A program made the position numbers and the translations under genes. Of a stretch of DNA of 26,411 bases, positions 1 through 9,419 are shown one piece after another (position 1 is the first letter of the stretch; each line of letters begins with the position of its first letter). Origin of the DNA: a bacterium (lineage in GTDB: Bacteria; SZUA-182; DTGQ01; JAFGSM01); the NCBI GenBank assembly GCA_049472355.1, contig JBLIRP010000054.1, forward strand, positions 1-26,411, written 5' to 3'. Under the pieces are notes generated by a model, which searched no databases, was not told where the DNA came from, and worked only from the letters and a program-made list of their open reading frames with translations.

Positions 1-2
1 TC

Positions 3-1382
3 CGATCAAGTGAGGGAAGACCCATCAGGGGATACCCACAAGGACTCGATCTGATGGCACTCTTGGGTTCAAAGAGGGCACAGGGGATCATGGCTGAACA
101 GGACAATAATGACTATGCCGGTTACGCAGGGCAATTCAAGATGTTTGAGGACGAACTTGCGAAATTCAATGCCGCTGATTGGAACAAAACCCTCTCCTGG
201 TCATGGCTCTTTTCCCTGAAACCATTATTGAAGGAATTCGGCAGCGGGTATCCTCCCTTCATGCAGACGGGGGCATGGCAGGATAAGGAGCTCTCAACGG
301 TGCTTGCATCCTGGGCTGAGCTGCGTCACGATACGATCCCTTATGCAAAGCAGGGGGATACAATGATAGAAGAACCCCAAGTACAAGAACAACCGGTCCT
401 TGGCTACGTCGAGCCTGTCCCGGAATTCTATAACCGATTACTTTCCCTCACTCGTATGATTACACAGGGGCTTGATGAGATAGCAGCCTTAGACGATGCT
501 TCGAAAGATCGATTGCTCTGTCTGGAGAACATACTGGTCCGATTGATAACACTTGCTGAGAAGGAACTGAGGAATGAGGAATTGACACAAGCGGATTATG
601 AGTTTATCAAAGGCTTCGATACATCGTTGAACAGACTCTTCAATGGTGTGGATGAGAAGGCAAAGAGGACAACGCTCATCACGGACGTTTATACAAATGA
701 CGAGACTGGACGTGTCCTGGAAGAGGGGTGCGGGTTTGTCAGACTCATGGTAGCGGCCTATAAGGTCCCTGATGGAAGGATCCTTATCGGTACCGGTCCC
801 GTGATGTCCTATTATGAATTCACACAGCCAATGAACAATCGACTTACCGATAGTGGATGGAGAAATAAATTATATTTCAATCCCCTTGAAGCACCCGAGT
901 GGACCTCGAGTTTTAGTGTCGTCGACGACATTGACCCTGATAGTATCCCTCATATTCGCGGCAGTTGGATCGGCTCCTGGACGGCTTGTGAAATCGCTCC
1001 TGATGATGATGTACTCATAACGGATTCAGGGGATATATCGCTGAACATTACAAAACAGATCTCGACTGGAGGAAAATTGGAGGGAGAAGTGACGATAACG
1101 GGTTGGAACGTACCTGAATATCCCTCCTGGACAGGTGAAAACGATGAAGTATGGCTCAGTGGTTGGATCGACAGATATTCCAGATTGCTTTATCTGCATT
1201 ATGTCAATTTTACCGGTCCTGAACTCCTGAATGATTTATCAAACCTGATTTGTGACTATACCTGGAATTTTGCCAATTTAAAGATATATAAGAACAGTAT
1301 AAGAGGACGCTTCAGTATAATGGGAACGGGGAATTATGATAAAAGTGGCATATTTATCCTGCGACGGGGGATGCCCCAATAA
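3..1382 (+). CDS. DUF3160 domain-containing protein, 5'-partial, with an extra ~150-aa C-terminal domain
   Basis: The frame is open from position 3 (RSSEGRPIRGYPQGLDLMALLGS). It carries DUF3160-type motifs GLDLMALLGS, WQDKELSTVLASWAELRHDTIxYAKQ, GYVEPVPEFY, VLEEG and GPVMSYYEF...RLTD..W. Confidence 0.85.
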   Translation, partial: RSSEGRPIRGYPQGLDLMALLGSKRAQGIMAEQDNNDYAGYAGQFKMFEDELAKFNAADWNKTLSWSWLFSLKPLLKEFGSGYPPFMQTGAWQDKELSTVLASWAELRHDTIPYAKQGDTMIEEPQVQEQPVLGYVEPVPEFYNRLLSLTRMITQGLDEIAALDDASKDRLLCLENILVRLITLAEKELRNEELTQADYEFIKGFDTSLNRLFNGVDEKAKRTTLITDVYTNDETGRVLEEGCGFVRLMVAAYKVPDGRILIGTGPVMSYYEFTQPMNNRLTDSGWRNKLYFNPLEAPEWTSSFSVVDDIDPDSIPHIRGSWIGSWTACEIAPDDDVLITDSGDISLNITKQISTGGKLEGEVTITGWNVPEYPSWTGENDEVWLSGWIDRYSRLLYLHYVNFTGPELLNDLSNLICDYTWNFANLKIYKNSIRGRFSIMGTGNYDKSGIFILRRGMPQ

Positions 1383-1394
1383 TCAGCGGCCATC

Positions 1395-1710
1395 TCATTC
1401 AGGGTGTGCCCGTTTCTTTAAATCCTTCAATACGCCTTCAAATGCCTCTAAAAAGCCCCTTTCATCGGAGGTATCATCGAATTTCATGAGCCAATCTCGT
1501 ATGTACTGCGTATCGATGTTCGGGTTTTTGAGGATAATGGAAGTCACATCCTCCATATCCCGGGGTCTTCCGGCAAAGATCTTATGAATGATCACATCTT
1601 CAGGGGAGGCAAAACTGACCTCCACTCCCAAGATAGTGATCTTGTTTGACCGTTCTATGGCGCATGCCGCATAGGCTCTTGCCTATTCTTGAAAGGATTT
1701 CTTCGAACAT
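1395..1710 (-). pseudogene. Nucleotidyltransferase (DUF6036/AbiEii-like TA-associated) pseudogene with internal deletion and frameshift
   Basis: The ATG at 1710 reads MFEEILSRIGKSL. In another frame from ~1670 the sequence reads AIERSNKITILGVEVSFASPEDVIIHKIFAGRPRDMEDV, the typical C-terminal 'SPEDLIxxK..AGRxxD..D' motif. The central GG...TxDxD catalytic segment is absent. Confidence 0.75.
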
Positions 1711-1904
1711 GAATTGAGGACCTTTGCAATCTTGATATCCACATCGATCCCTTCCAACGGTTCCTTGGGTGGCAATACGCCAAGATGTATCCCCTCATTC
1801 CACATGGATGTAAAAATCTTGAGGGCGTGCTGAAAGGAAAGTCTTCCTTCTTCCTTGACGAAGGCATATTCGATCTTTTTTACCAAATCGGGATTCTTTA
1901 TCAT
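1683..1904 (-). CDS. Small hypothetical protein, putative antitoxin-like partner of the nucleotidyltransferase
   Basis: 73-aa ORF (LGVLPPKEPLEGIDVDIKIAKVLN) whose 3' end overlaps the nucleotidyltransferase start codon, as in two-gene TA-like modules. Confidence 0.65.
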   Translation of the reverse strand: MIKNPDLVKKIEYAFVKEEGRLSFQHALKIFTSMWNEGIHLGVLPPKEPLEGIDVDIKIAKVLNSCSKKSFQE

Positions 1905-2144
1905 TTTTTAAAGCGATACATATTACTGTAATGCACCAAAAGGCCTTTCAGCAGGATATCCATCCGTGTCTTTTATGCGTACTGTAGGTTCATCCACACA
2001 ATGAGCAGTAACTCTTTCATTGTGTTATAGAAAATTCTATATTATATTCTCATTTTATACAATCCCAATACTGTTCAGGTGATGGAACCTGCCCTCGCCA
2101 CAATGAACCTTACAAAGGCAAGGAAAACTGTCGATAGATGAGGT

Positions 2145-4781
2145 ATGGAAGAAACACACCCATCGCATAATCCTATCTCCACCGATAAAAAAGGCTATCC
2201 TTTCATAAGGGTCAGGCGGACACTGTCTTCCGCCCTCCGCACGATCATCCCTGTCTTGAGCATCATCCTTTTCATTGCCGCACTCTGGGTTTTGCATGAG
2301 AAACTTGCAGGGTATCACTATGACGAAATCATGATTATAATAAAGGGGCTCCCGGCCCTTCGCATCGTTTTTGCATTCTGCCTGATGATCGCGAGCTACC
2401 TGCTCCTCACCGGATATGACAGCCTTTCGCTTTACTATATCAGGCACCCCATTGCCTATGCCAGGATCGCCCTGACCTCGTTTATCAGCTACGCCTTCAG
2501 CCACAACATCGGCCTGCCCATGCTCAGCGGCGGGACCGTGCGCTACCGCCTCTATTCAGGCTGGGGGCTCTCGGCGATCGAGATCGGCAAGGTGATCATC
2601 TTCAACGGCCTGACCTTCTTCCTCGGGTTCATAACGGTCAGCGGTGCCATGTTCCTGATCAAGCCCATAGCGATTCCCTCCGTCCTCCATCTGCCCCTTT
2701 TTACCTCCATCCGCCCCCTCGGGATCGTCTTCCTGGGGACGGCGGCGGCGTATCTGCTGGCGTGCGGGGTGAACAGGGGGCCGTTCACCATCGGAAGGCG
2801 TGTTCTCACCCTCCCGTCACCGGGCACATCCCTCATACAGATAGCCCTTTCCTCCCTTGACTGGATGGCATGCGGCGGGATTCTCTACATCCTTCTCCCC
2901 TCCCACCCTGCCCTGTCGTTCCCGAAATTTCTCTCCATATTCATGCTCGCTCAATTCTCAGGCATTGTAAGCCAGATCCCCGGCGGACTCGGGGTCTTCG
3001 AGGCCATCATCCTCCTGCTCCTTTCCGGGACCTTCCCTGCATCCGTCATCCTCGGAACATTGCTGGTATACCGGGGGATCTACTACCTTTTTCCCCTGGG
3101 AGTGGCCACCATGCTGCTCGGGACCTACGAACTCCTCGTGCAAAAACAGCGCGTCACGCGGTTCGCCCGCTTCTTCGGCCACTGGATTCCGCAGATCGTG
3201 CCGCACATCCTCGCATTGGGCACCTTTCTCAGCGGCGTGGTCCTCCTCTTCTCCGGGGCAACGCCTGCGGCTGCACATCGCCTGCTCGTGCTCAGCCGTT
3301 TCCTCCCCCTGCCGGTCCTGGAGATCTCCCATTTCCTCGGAAGCCTTGCAGGGGTCGGATTGATCCTGCTTGCCGTAAGCCTGGAGAGAAGGATCGATGC
3401 CGCATATCTGCTCACCGCAATCCTCCTGGCAGCAGGGATCGTATTATCAATGCTCAAGGGATTTGACTACGAGGTGGCGATTATCCTGGCGGTCATGCTC
3501 GTGGCGATCCTTCCCTGCCGTCGCTATTTCTATCGCAGGGCATCCCTTATAAGCGAGCGTTTCACCCCGGGCTGGATCGCCGCAATATCCATGGCCCTGG
3601 CGAGTGCGGCCTGGCTTGGCTTTTTCTCTGTCAGGCATATTGAATATTCCGGACAGGTATGGTGGCAGTTTGCCCTCAATGCCGATATACCGCGAATCCT
3701 CAGGACAACGGTGGGGGCCATCGGCGCCTCGCTCTTCTTCGCGCTCTTCAAGCTGTTGAGCCCGGCAGTTCCTGATAAACCCGCCCACCCCACCCCGGCG
3801 GACCTGGACCGGGTCAGGGCCGTCGTTAAAAACTCCCCGAAGCCTGCGGCAAACCTTGCGCTTCTCGGCGACAAGACCTTTTTGTTCAGCCAGAGCGGGA
3901 AGGCCTTTGTCATGTACGGCATCGAGGGAAGGAGCTGGATCGCCCTGGGGGATCCAGTCGGCCCCACGAGAGAAAGGGCGGACCTTGCCTGGGAATTTTA
4001 CGAGATGTGTGAACGGTATGGGGGATGGACCGTATTCTACCAGGTCAATGACGGGAGTCTCCCCCTCTATCTCGACCTTGGGCTTGACCCGATCAAGATC
4101 GGGGAGGAGGCCCGCGTTCCCCTGGCGAGCTTCTCACTTGAAGGGAGCGCCCGCGGGTGGCTTCGTGACATCCATCATACCTTTGACAAGGAGGGATACA
4201 CCTTCGGGATCATCCCGCAGCAAGGGATACCTCCCCTGCTCCCCTCGATGAAGGGCATATCCGACCTCTGGCTGAAAGGGAAGAACGCCAGGGAAAGGGG
4301 ATTCTCCCTCGGGTTTTTCAACCCGGAATACCTGAAGGAATGCACCGCGGGGATCGTCCGGAAAGGGGGGGACATCGTCGCCTTTGCCACGATATGGCCG
4401 GGGGCCGGCATGGAGGAATGTTCCGTTGATCTCATGCGCCATGCCCCTGATGCACCACCTGGGATAATGGATTACCTTCTCACCGGGATCATGCTCTGGG
4501 GGAAACAGGAGGGATACCGCTGGTTCAACCTTGGCATTGCGCCCCTCCCGGGATTTGAAGACAAGGGGATTGCCCCCTTCCGGCACCGGGTCGGGGCCTT
4601 CCTTTTTCGCCATGGAGGGCGATTCTCCGATCTCCAGGGGTTGCGGCACAACAAGGAGAGGTTTAATCCGGTGTGGGAGCCACGATACCTCGCCTGCCCC
4701 GGAGGGGCTGCGCTGCCCAGGATCCTGGCCAATATTGCATCCCTGGTCTCCAGGGGTCTCAAAGGGGCTGCTGCCGGGTAG
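2145..4781 (+). CDS. mprF: Bifunctional aminoacyl-phosphatidylglycerol flippase/synthetase MprF
   Basis: 878 aa with a multi-TM N-terminus (GGTVRYRLYS, PGGLGVFE, EISHFLGS) and a DUF2156 C-terminus (NLALLGDK, ALGDPVG, KIGEEA, GFSLGFF, VDLMRH, FNLG.APL, FNPVWEPRYL). Confidence 0.95.
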   Translation: MEETHPSHNPISTDKKGYPFIRVRRTLSSALRTIIPVLSIILFIAALWVLHEKLAGYHYDEIMIIIKGLPALRIVFAFCLMIASYLLLTGYDSLSLYYIRHPIAYARIALTSFISYAFSHNIGLPMLSGGTVRYRLYSGWGLSAIEIGKVIIFNGLTFFLGFITVSGAMFLIKPIAIPSVLHLPLFTSIRPLGIVFLGTAAAYLLACGVNRGPFTIGRRVLTLPSPGTSLIQIALSSLDWMACGGILYILLPSHPALSFPKFLSIFMLAQFSGIVSQIPGGLGVFEAIILLLLSGTFPASVILGTLLVYRGIYYLFPLGVATMLLGTYELLVQKQRVTRFARFFGHWIPQIVPHILALGTFLSGVVLLFSGATPAAAHRLLVLSRFLPLPVLEISHFLGSLAGVGLILLAVSLERRIDAAYLLTAILLAAGIVLSMLKGFDYEVAIILAVMLVAILPCRRYFYRRASLISERFTPGWIAAISMALASAAWLGFFSVRHIEYSGQVWWQFALNADIPRILRTTVGAIGASLFFALFKLLSPAVPDKPAHPTPADLDRVRAVVKNSPKPAANLALLGDKTFLFSQSGKAFVMYGIEGRSWIALGDPVGPTRERADLAWEFYEMCERYGGWTVFYQVNDGSLPLYLDLGLDPIKIGEEARVPLASFSLEGSARGWLRDIHHTFDKEGYTFGIIPQQGIPPLLPSMKGISDLWLKGKNARERGFSLGFFNPEYLKECTAGIVRKGGDIVAFATIWPGAGMEECSVDLMRHAPDAPPGIMDYLLTGIMLWGKQEGYRWFNLGIAPLPGFEDKGIAPFRHRVGAFLFRHGGRFSDLQGLRHNKERFNPVWEPRYLACPGGAALPRILANIASLVSRGLKGAAAG

Positions 4782-4864
4782 GGGATATAACGGCCCGGCC
4801 TGATCGAAAATCATGACCCGTCTTTATCCCTGACCGGAGACAGGGACAGTACCGGGGAACAAAA

Positions 4865-4894
4865 TTGACTCAACCTTGTGTCTTGAATTATAAT
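4865..4894 (+). promoter_or_regulatory. Putative sigma70 promoter for the mntA-like gene and fadL
   Basis: TTGACT (4865-4870)-N18-TATAAT (4889-4894), about 110 nt upstream of ATG 5003. Confidence 0.5.
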
Positions 4895-5002
4895 CTTTCA
4901 TTGGAAAGCCCGAATTATTTATAACCCTAAATATTTCCTTCAGATTACCGTATCTTCACAAAAAGCGAGGGTTGATTCATTCAATAGAAAGCGCCGTGTA
5001 TC

Positions 5003-5410
5003 ATGATCACACCCGGCCAAAAAAAGATTGTTGTACAAACCCTCCTCAAAAGGCATCCGGATCTTATGGCAATCTATCATTTCGGTTCCTCTGCAAAAGG
5101 GAAAATGAATCGAGAGAGCGATATAGATCTTGCCGTGCTTGCTAAAAGGCATCTGGACACCTTCACCACCTGGACGTTGGGACAGCACCTTTCAGCATTA
5201 CTCCGTTATGAAGTGGATTTGATTGATCTATTGAAGACATCAACCGTTATGAGAATGCAGGTCGTATCGAAGGGGCGGTGTCTGTATGAAGGCGACACAA
5301 TGAAAAGGGAACTCTTTGAGGATTATGTCTATAGTGCCTATGCCCGGTTAAATGAGGAGCGAAGGGGGATCATTGAAGACGTTCGCAATCGAGGAAAGGT
5401 ATATGGATGA
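5003..5410 (+). CDS. mntA: Minimal nucleotidyltransferase, MntA-type antitoxin (type VII TA)
   Basis: 135 aa with FGSxAxG...SDIDLAV (GSX10DXD), VDLIDL, and C-terminal YARLNEER..I..D...RGKVYG typical of MNT antitoxins. Confidence 0.85.
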   Translation: MITPGQKKIVVQTLLKRHPDLMAIYHFGSSAKGKMNRESDIDLAVLAKRHLDTFTTWTLGQHLSALLRYEVDLIDLLKTSTVMRMQVVSKGRCLYEGDTMKRELFEDYVYSAYARLNEERRGIIEDVRNRGKVYG

Positions 5411-5432
5411 CGAGGACCCGGTGGAATGCTGA
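5403..5432 (+). pseudogene. Possible remnant start of a HepT/DUF86 toxin
   Basis: ATG GAT GAC overlaps the mntA stop, where hepT normally starts (often 'MDD/MADD'). The frame stops after 9 codons (MDDEDPVEC*). Confidence 0.35.
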
Positions 5433-6715
5433 CGTATAGAGATCATGTAATAAAGGTAATGTGTCTCTCATGTGCCACCCTTATCATTTCGCTTTCGTTT
5501 ATTACCTCCATCTTTGCCAATGGGGTCTTACGGGATTGCATGGGGCCTGTTTCCTCCGGTCGCGGGGCAACAAACATCGCGAATACGGACGATGGCACAT
5601 TGATCCACGACAATCCTGCTGCCATAGCCCGGGTGGAGGGCGGAAGGATCGAGGGGGCCTTGAATTTCTTAACATTACCTTCACATTATGAGGACAGGGA
5701 TGACAGCAAACGGGGAAAGGATACCCTGTTTCTCATGCCGACACTTGCCTATATTCAAGAAATTGATGGATATCATATAGGTGTGGGCGTAGGGACCTAT
5801 ATCACAGCCGGTTTTTCCGTGGAATATCGCCTGATGGATCCGAACCGCGTGGAGAACAAATACCTTTCCGATGGCTCGCTCAAAAAGATATTGATTGGGG
5901 CCGGGTGGAACGTGACGGACAGACTGGCCGTGGGGATGGGGATCGGGCCGGCCTATTCGAAGGTACAACTGGAACTGCCGTATACCTTTCAAACCGGGCC
6001 TCTCTGGGGGACACAATCCCTTGTCAGCATGGAAGGGGATGACTGGTCCGTTGCGTGGAATATCGGGGTTCAATATGCGGTTTCCTCACGCACCACGGTC
6101 GGCATGGCATACGTCAACCAGGAACGTTTTGACATTCAGGGAGACATGGATGTCATGGTGCCGAGCGCTGGTTCCGCCCATTACAAGGTCCGTTCGGATT
6201 TCCGGTGGCCCCAGACCCTGGGGGCGGGGATCACGCATAGATTAAAGGCGGGGCATAGAATATCCCTTGACATGTTATGGACGGATTGGTCCTCCGCATT
6301 CAATGAATTGACCTTCAAGCTCTCCGAGGGAACAGGCACCATTATCGATAGCCAGCCGGAAGTAAGCTCGACACAGGACACCTTCCCCTTGCATTGGAAG
6401 GACATCTATGCATTCCGGCTCGGCTACGAACATCTCCTGAGTCCCCGGCAAACATTGCGGTTCGGGTATAACTACAATGAAAACCCGGTACGGTCCCCGA
6501 CACTCACCCCGCTGATCCCCGGAATCTTTCAGCATTCCGTATCATTCGGCTACGGCCACACATGGGGACAATGGGCACTGAATACGGCGTACTACTATTC
6601 CTTCAAGAGCAGGGAATCGGTGGGAACGAGTCAAATCCTGGGAGGGGATTTCGACCATAGCAGTGTTGAAATAAGCGGCCATTCTTTCATCCTGGGATTT
6701 CAGTACGTGTTTTGA
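5426..6715 (+). CDS. Outer-membrane transport protein, FadL/OmpP1/TodX family
   Basis: Signal peptide ending FA-NG, N-terminal hatch motif G..S.GRGAT.IA..DD...I.DNPA, amphipathic beta strands, W.D.Y..RLGYE, and a C-terminal YVF barrel signal. Confidence 0.9.
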   Translation: MLTYRDHVIKVMCLSCATLIISLSFITSIFANGVLRDCMGPVSSGRGATNIANTDDGTLIHDNPAAIARVEGGRIEGALNFLTLPSHYEDRDDSKRGKDTLFLMPTLAYIQEIDGYHIGVGVGTYITAGFSVEYRLMDPNRVENKYLSDGSLKKILIGAGWNVTDRLAVGMGIGPAYSKVQLELPYTFQTGPLWGTQSLVSMEGDDWSVAWNIGVQYAVSSRTTVGMAYVNQERFDIQGDMDVMVPSAGSAHYKVRSDFRWPQTLGAGITHRLKAGHRISLDMLWTDWSSAFNELTFKLSEGTGTIIDSQPEVSSTQDTFPLHWKDIYAFRLGYEHLLSPRQTLRFGYNYNENPVRSPTLTPLIPGIFQHSVSFGYGHTWGQWALNTAYYYSFKSRESVGTSQILGGDFDHSSVEISGHSFILGFQYVF

Positions 6716-6740
6716 TGCCATGCTCCGAATGGTGATCCTG

Positions 6741-7127
6741 TTAATCAGGATTCGAGATGTTCAGGCACCTGTCGCACGCATCCCCGATCCTGTCCCCGTC
6801 CATATCCTGTTGATCGGGATTAGCAACATCGGGGCAGTTATCCGTGTCCGGATGAATGCCGTCTCCATCCGGGTCTGAAATGCAATGCATGGTAAAATCA
6901 GCGTATCCAATGGCACCCCTGGCATCGGAACACCAGATGAGGACGTCATAGTCGCCCTCGAATAACGGCTTCCAACTGATCAGACCATTAAATGGTGTAT
7001 CCCTCATGTACTCGTAACAGGGACCATATCGATAGGACGGCGTTGGATCTTGTCTGAAGAATAAAGGCCCGCATCCTTGCACCTTCTTTCGTGAATTGGC
7101 ATGAATGGTTTTGTTTTTTCTGTGCAA
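6741..7127 (-). pseudogene. Fragment with a cadherin/Ig-like segment plus thrombospondin type-3 Ca-binding repeats, truncated by a nonsense codon
   Basis: Contains [44 protein letters not shown]. The second repeat reads cct gat TAA cag gat versus ccc gat CAA cag gat in the first. It has only a TTG start and no signal peptide. Confidence 0.65.
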
Positions 7128-7138
7128 ACCCGGCTACC

Positions 7139-9232
7139 TTAGTGTGTTACCTCCACGTCGAAGGATGCGCTGGCATATCCTCCACTGCAATCATAAAAGA
7201 AGACCTCCACCTGATAGGAGGCCGAGGATGCCTTGCTTGTGTGTCGCCACATGAAGTAACCATCAGGTGTGCTTTCAATGGTGCCTATGGTGCAGACGGC
7301 ATGCAACTCATCCCCGTCCGGGTCTTCTACACAAAAAAGGAGCGCGTATTCTTCGTAACTCCCGATAGTAACATCTTTGGGATAGTCGGTAAGCACTATT
7401 GGGGGATGATTCCATGTATGCCCCGGATAGCCCCAGGAGGCCTGGCGAAAGGCAAAAAATTCGTACGAAACGCTCCCCCCGAAACCATCATCACCGGTAA
7501 GAATCATAGTGGATATATATTCTGACTCTGCCGACTCCAGCTCCCCTGTGAACCAGATGGCTACGTACGGCTCATTAAATTGCATTATCGGACCGGGAAG
7601 GATCTGCAACCAATCATCGGAGGCAGGGGCGATGATCCTTTCAATGGACCAAACGATCTCATCCATATCCTTCCTGAAGTCCAGTGAAATCGGCTTCCCC
7701 GGCATATGATCGGTTGTCGGATTCTCAGCCAAGGAGAAGATAAAGCAGTCGGGATCAATATACTTGATTATATATGCAGTAACCTCGGAAGATCCATCAT
7801 GATAAACAAATTTGGGAAGGTCCGAATTCAACACCGGCGGATGATTATCAACGGGCCCTTCCCTGATAATAAAGGGAACAAAGATTTCATCCGAGTCCTT
7901 CGGATTGGATACCCGAAGGGTGATGTTAAGGTTCTTGATCGTAGGAAATGCTTGTTGCGAACCGCCGGCTTGGCTGGACCGAGGCCTATAGTCAAGGGCA
8001 ACAATATTCGGCCAAACCGTAGCACCAATGTTTCTTAGCGCGGCCTCGAGCATCCTGACCCGATCGGTTGGGAAATAGACGGTGTCGAGGTTCAGGACAG
8101 CGTCCACGACAACGGAGTCAGCCGGAAGATAGGTGGGCATTCCGTCATCAAAATCCACGGGAAGCGGCTGCAGATGGAAGTCTTGCATGTCGTTGGGATC
8201 CTCTCCGTTGATGGTCATGTCCCAGTCAAGGGTGCCCTGCTCGAGGAGGAATCGGGCAAGGGGACCAGGGCCATTTGGGGTCATCCTCAGATTGGGATCG
8301 GCAAAGATCGGCAGGCTTATATCAACCGTGAATTCCTCTTTCCCGAAAAGGGCTGCCATATTCGGATCGTTTCGCCCGAACAGGGCGGGGTCAGCTCCCA
8401 GGTCTATCCAGTATTTCACGACCGGATCGCTCACGTTTTGGTTTTGAATACGGATGAAGCTGTCAGGATCGGCCATTAAATCGAAGATGGAGGGAAATGT
8501 ACCATCATATCCATACCTGGAGGAGGCATCCGTGTTATTCACCGAATAATCGGCTATGAACAGATAGCGATAGGGTGCATCGGCCTGGGCATAAAGGGCG
8601 CCCATATGGAATATCTCGAGATCTTCAAACAGGTGATAGCCCGGCATTGGTTTGGGCTTTTGATCATTACCGTTACCGGGGATTCTCGATTGGGATCTCC
8701 AAGGGTAGAGATAGCCAAGAGGGAGCAGGCCGAAATATGAAGAAACACCCGTATAACCAAGGCCGCCTAAAGGTGTATACGCCCCCGGATAAGAAGAAGC
8801 CGACTGATTCGATAGTTGAAAGGATTGCTGAAAAGGGGATTGCAGGACACTTGAATATGGTGCATTTGAATATACATACCGGTTGTAATAATTGGTTGTA
8901 TTGAGCAGGGCATCTTTTTCCCTGTACGTGGATATCCCTATACCCGGTATTGTGGCGAATTGATTGAGGAATGAAGAAGAGCTGCCGTAAGGTATGGAAT
9001 TATTATAGGCATGCCTGTAATAATACCCGTAGCTTTGCGATGATATATCCACTTGCATCGTTAAAGGATTGTATGCGTATGGAAATTGCACAAACTGGTT
9101 TGCCAGTGAAGGATTGTTCATAACATTCATTGGCGTGACACTGACTTGAGCCATGACTATTGAAACCACAATGCACATAGATAGAGTGAGAGCAAAAAAC
9201 AGCATCGCCAACAGTCTCAATTTAATGAACAT
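7139..9232 (-). CDS. Large secreted/surface protein with a Tyr/Ser/Asn/Gly-rich N-terminal region and C-terminal cadherin-like (NHPP...DPD) domains
   Basis: GGAGG precedes ATG 9232, which I prefer over TTG 9247. The signal peptide ends VMA-Q. Two repeats: DNHPPVL...YIDPD and WNHPPIV...VEDPDGDEL. Confidence 0.8.
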   Translation of the reverse strand: MFIKLRLLAMLFFALTLSMCIVVSIVMAQVSVTPMNVMNNPSLANQFVQFPYAYNPLTMQVDISSQSYGYYYRHAYNNSIPYGSSSSFLNQFATIPGIGISTYREKDALLNTTNYYNRYVYSNAPYSSVLQSPFQQSFQLSNQSASSYPGAYTPLGGLGYTGVSSYFGLLPLGYLYPWRSQSRIPGNGNDQKPKPMPGYHLFEDLEIFHMGALYAQADAPYRYLFIADYSVNNTDASSRYGYDGTFPSIFDLMADPDSFIRIQNQNVSDPVVKYWIDLGADPALFGRNDPNMAALFGKEEFTVDISLPIFADPNLRMTPNGPGPLARFLLEQGTLDWDMTINGEDPNDMQDFHLQPLPVDFDDGMPTYLPADSVVVDAVLNLDTVYFPTDRVRMLEAALRNIGATVWPNIVALDYRPRSSQAGGSQQAFPTIKNLNITLRVSNPKDSDEIFVPFIIREGPVDNHPPVLNSDLPKFVYHDGSSEVTAYIIKYIDPDCFIFSLAENPTTDHMPGKPISLDFRKDMDEIVWSIERIIAPASDDWLQILPGPIMQFNEPYVAIWFTGELESAESEYISTMILTGDDGFGGSVSYEFFAFRQASWGYPGHTWNHPPIVLTDYPKDVTIGSYEEYALLFCVEDPDGDELHAVCTIGTIESTPDGYFMWRHTSKASSASYQVEVFFYDCSGGYASASFDVEVTH

Positions 9233-9307
9233 ATCACAAACCTCCAATCAAAAATATGTCATTCCCCAATTACTATAATAATAACTTACCCTATATATAT
9301 ATTATAA

Positions 9308-9335
9308 AATATAGCCTGAATGAAATTTTTGTCAA
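9308..9335 (-). promoter_or_regulatory. Putative sigma70 promoter of the secreted cadherin-like gene
   Basis: Minus strand TTGACA (9335-9330)-N16-TATATT (9313-9308) in an AT-rich intergenic region. Confidence 0.45.
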
Positions 9336-9419
9336 TGGGAAACTATGCTGGGTGGTATTGGGCGCTATCCTATCCGTTATCATGCAGAGGGTATTTATTC
9401 AGGTACCGTGCAAAACGCC

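Noticed and set aside
4797..4811. GGCCTGATCGA-AAT resembling part of motif copy 2
   Set aside because: It lacks the upstream TGTGCAAAAA box and the match is mostly to the spacer, so it is probably chance.
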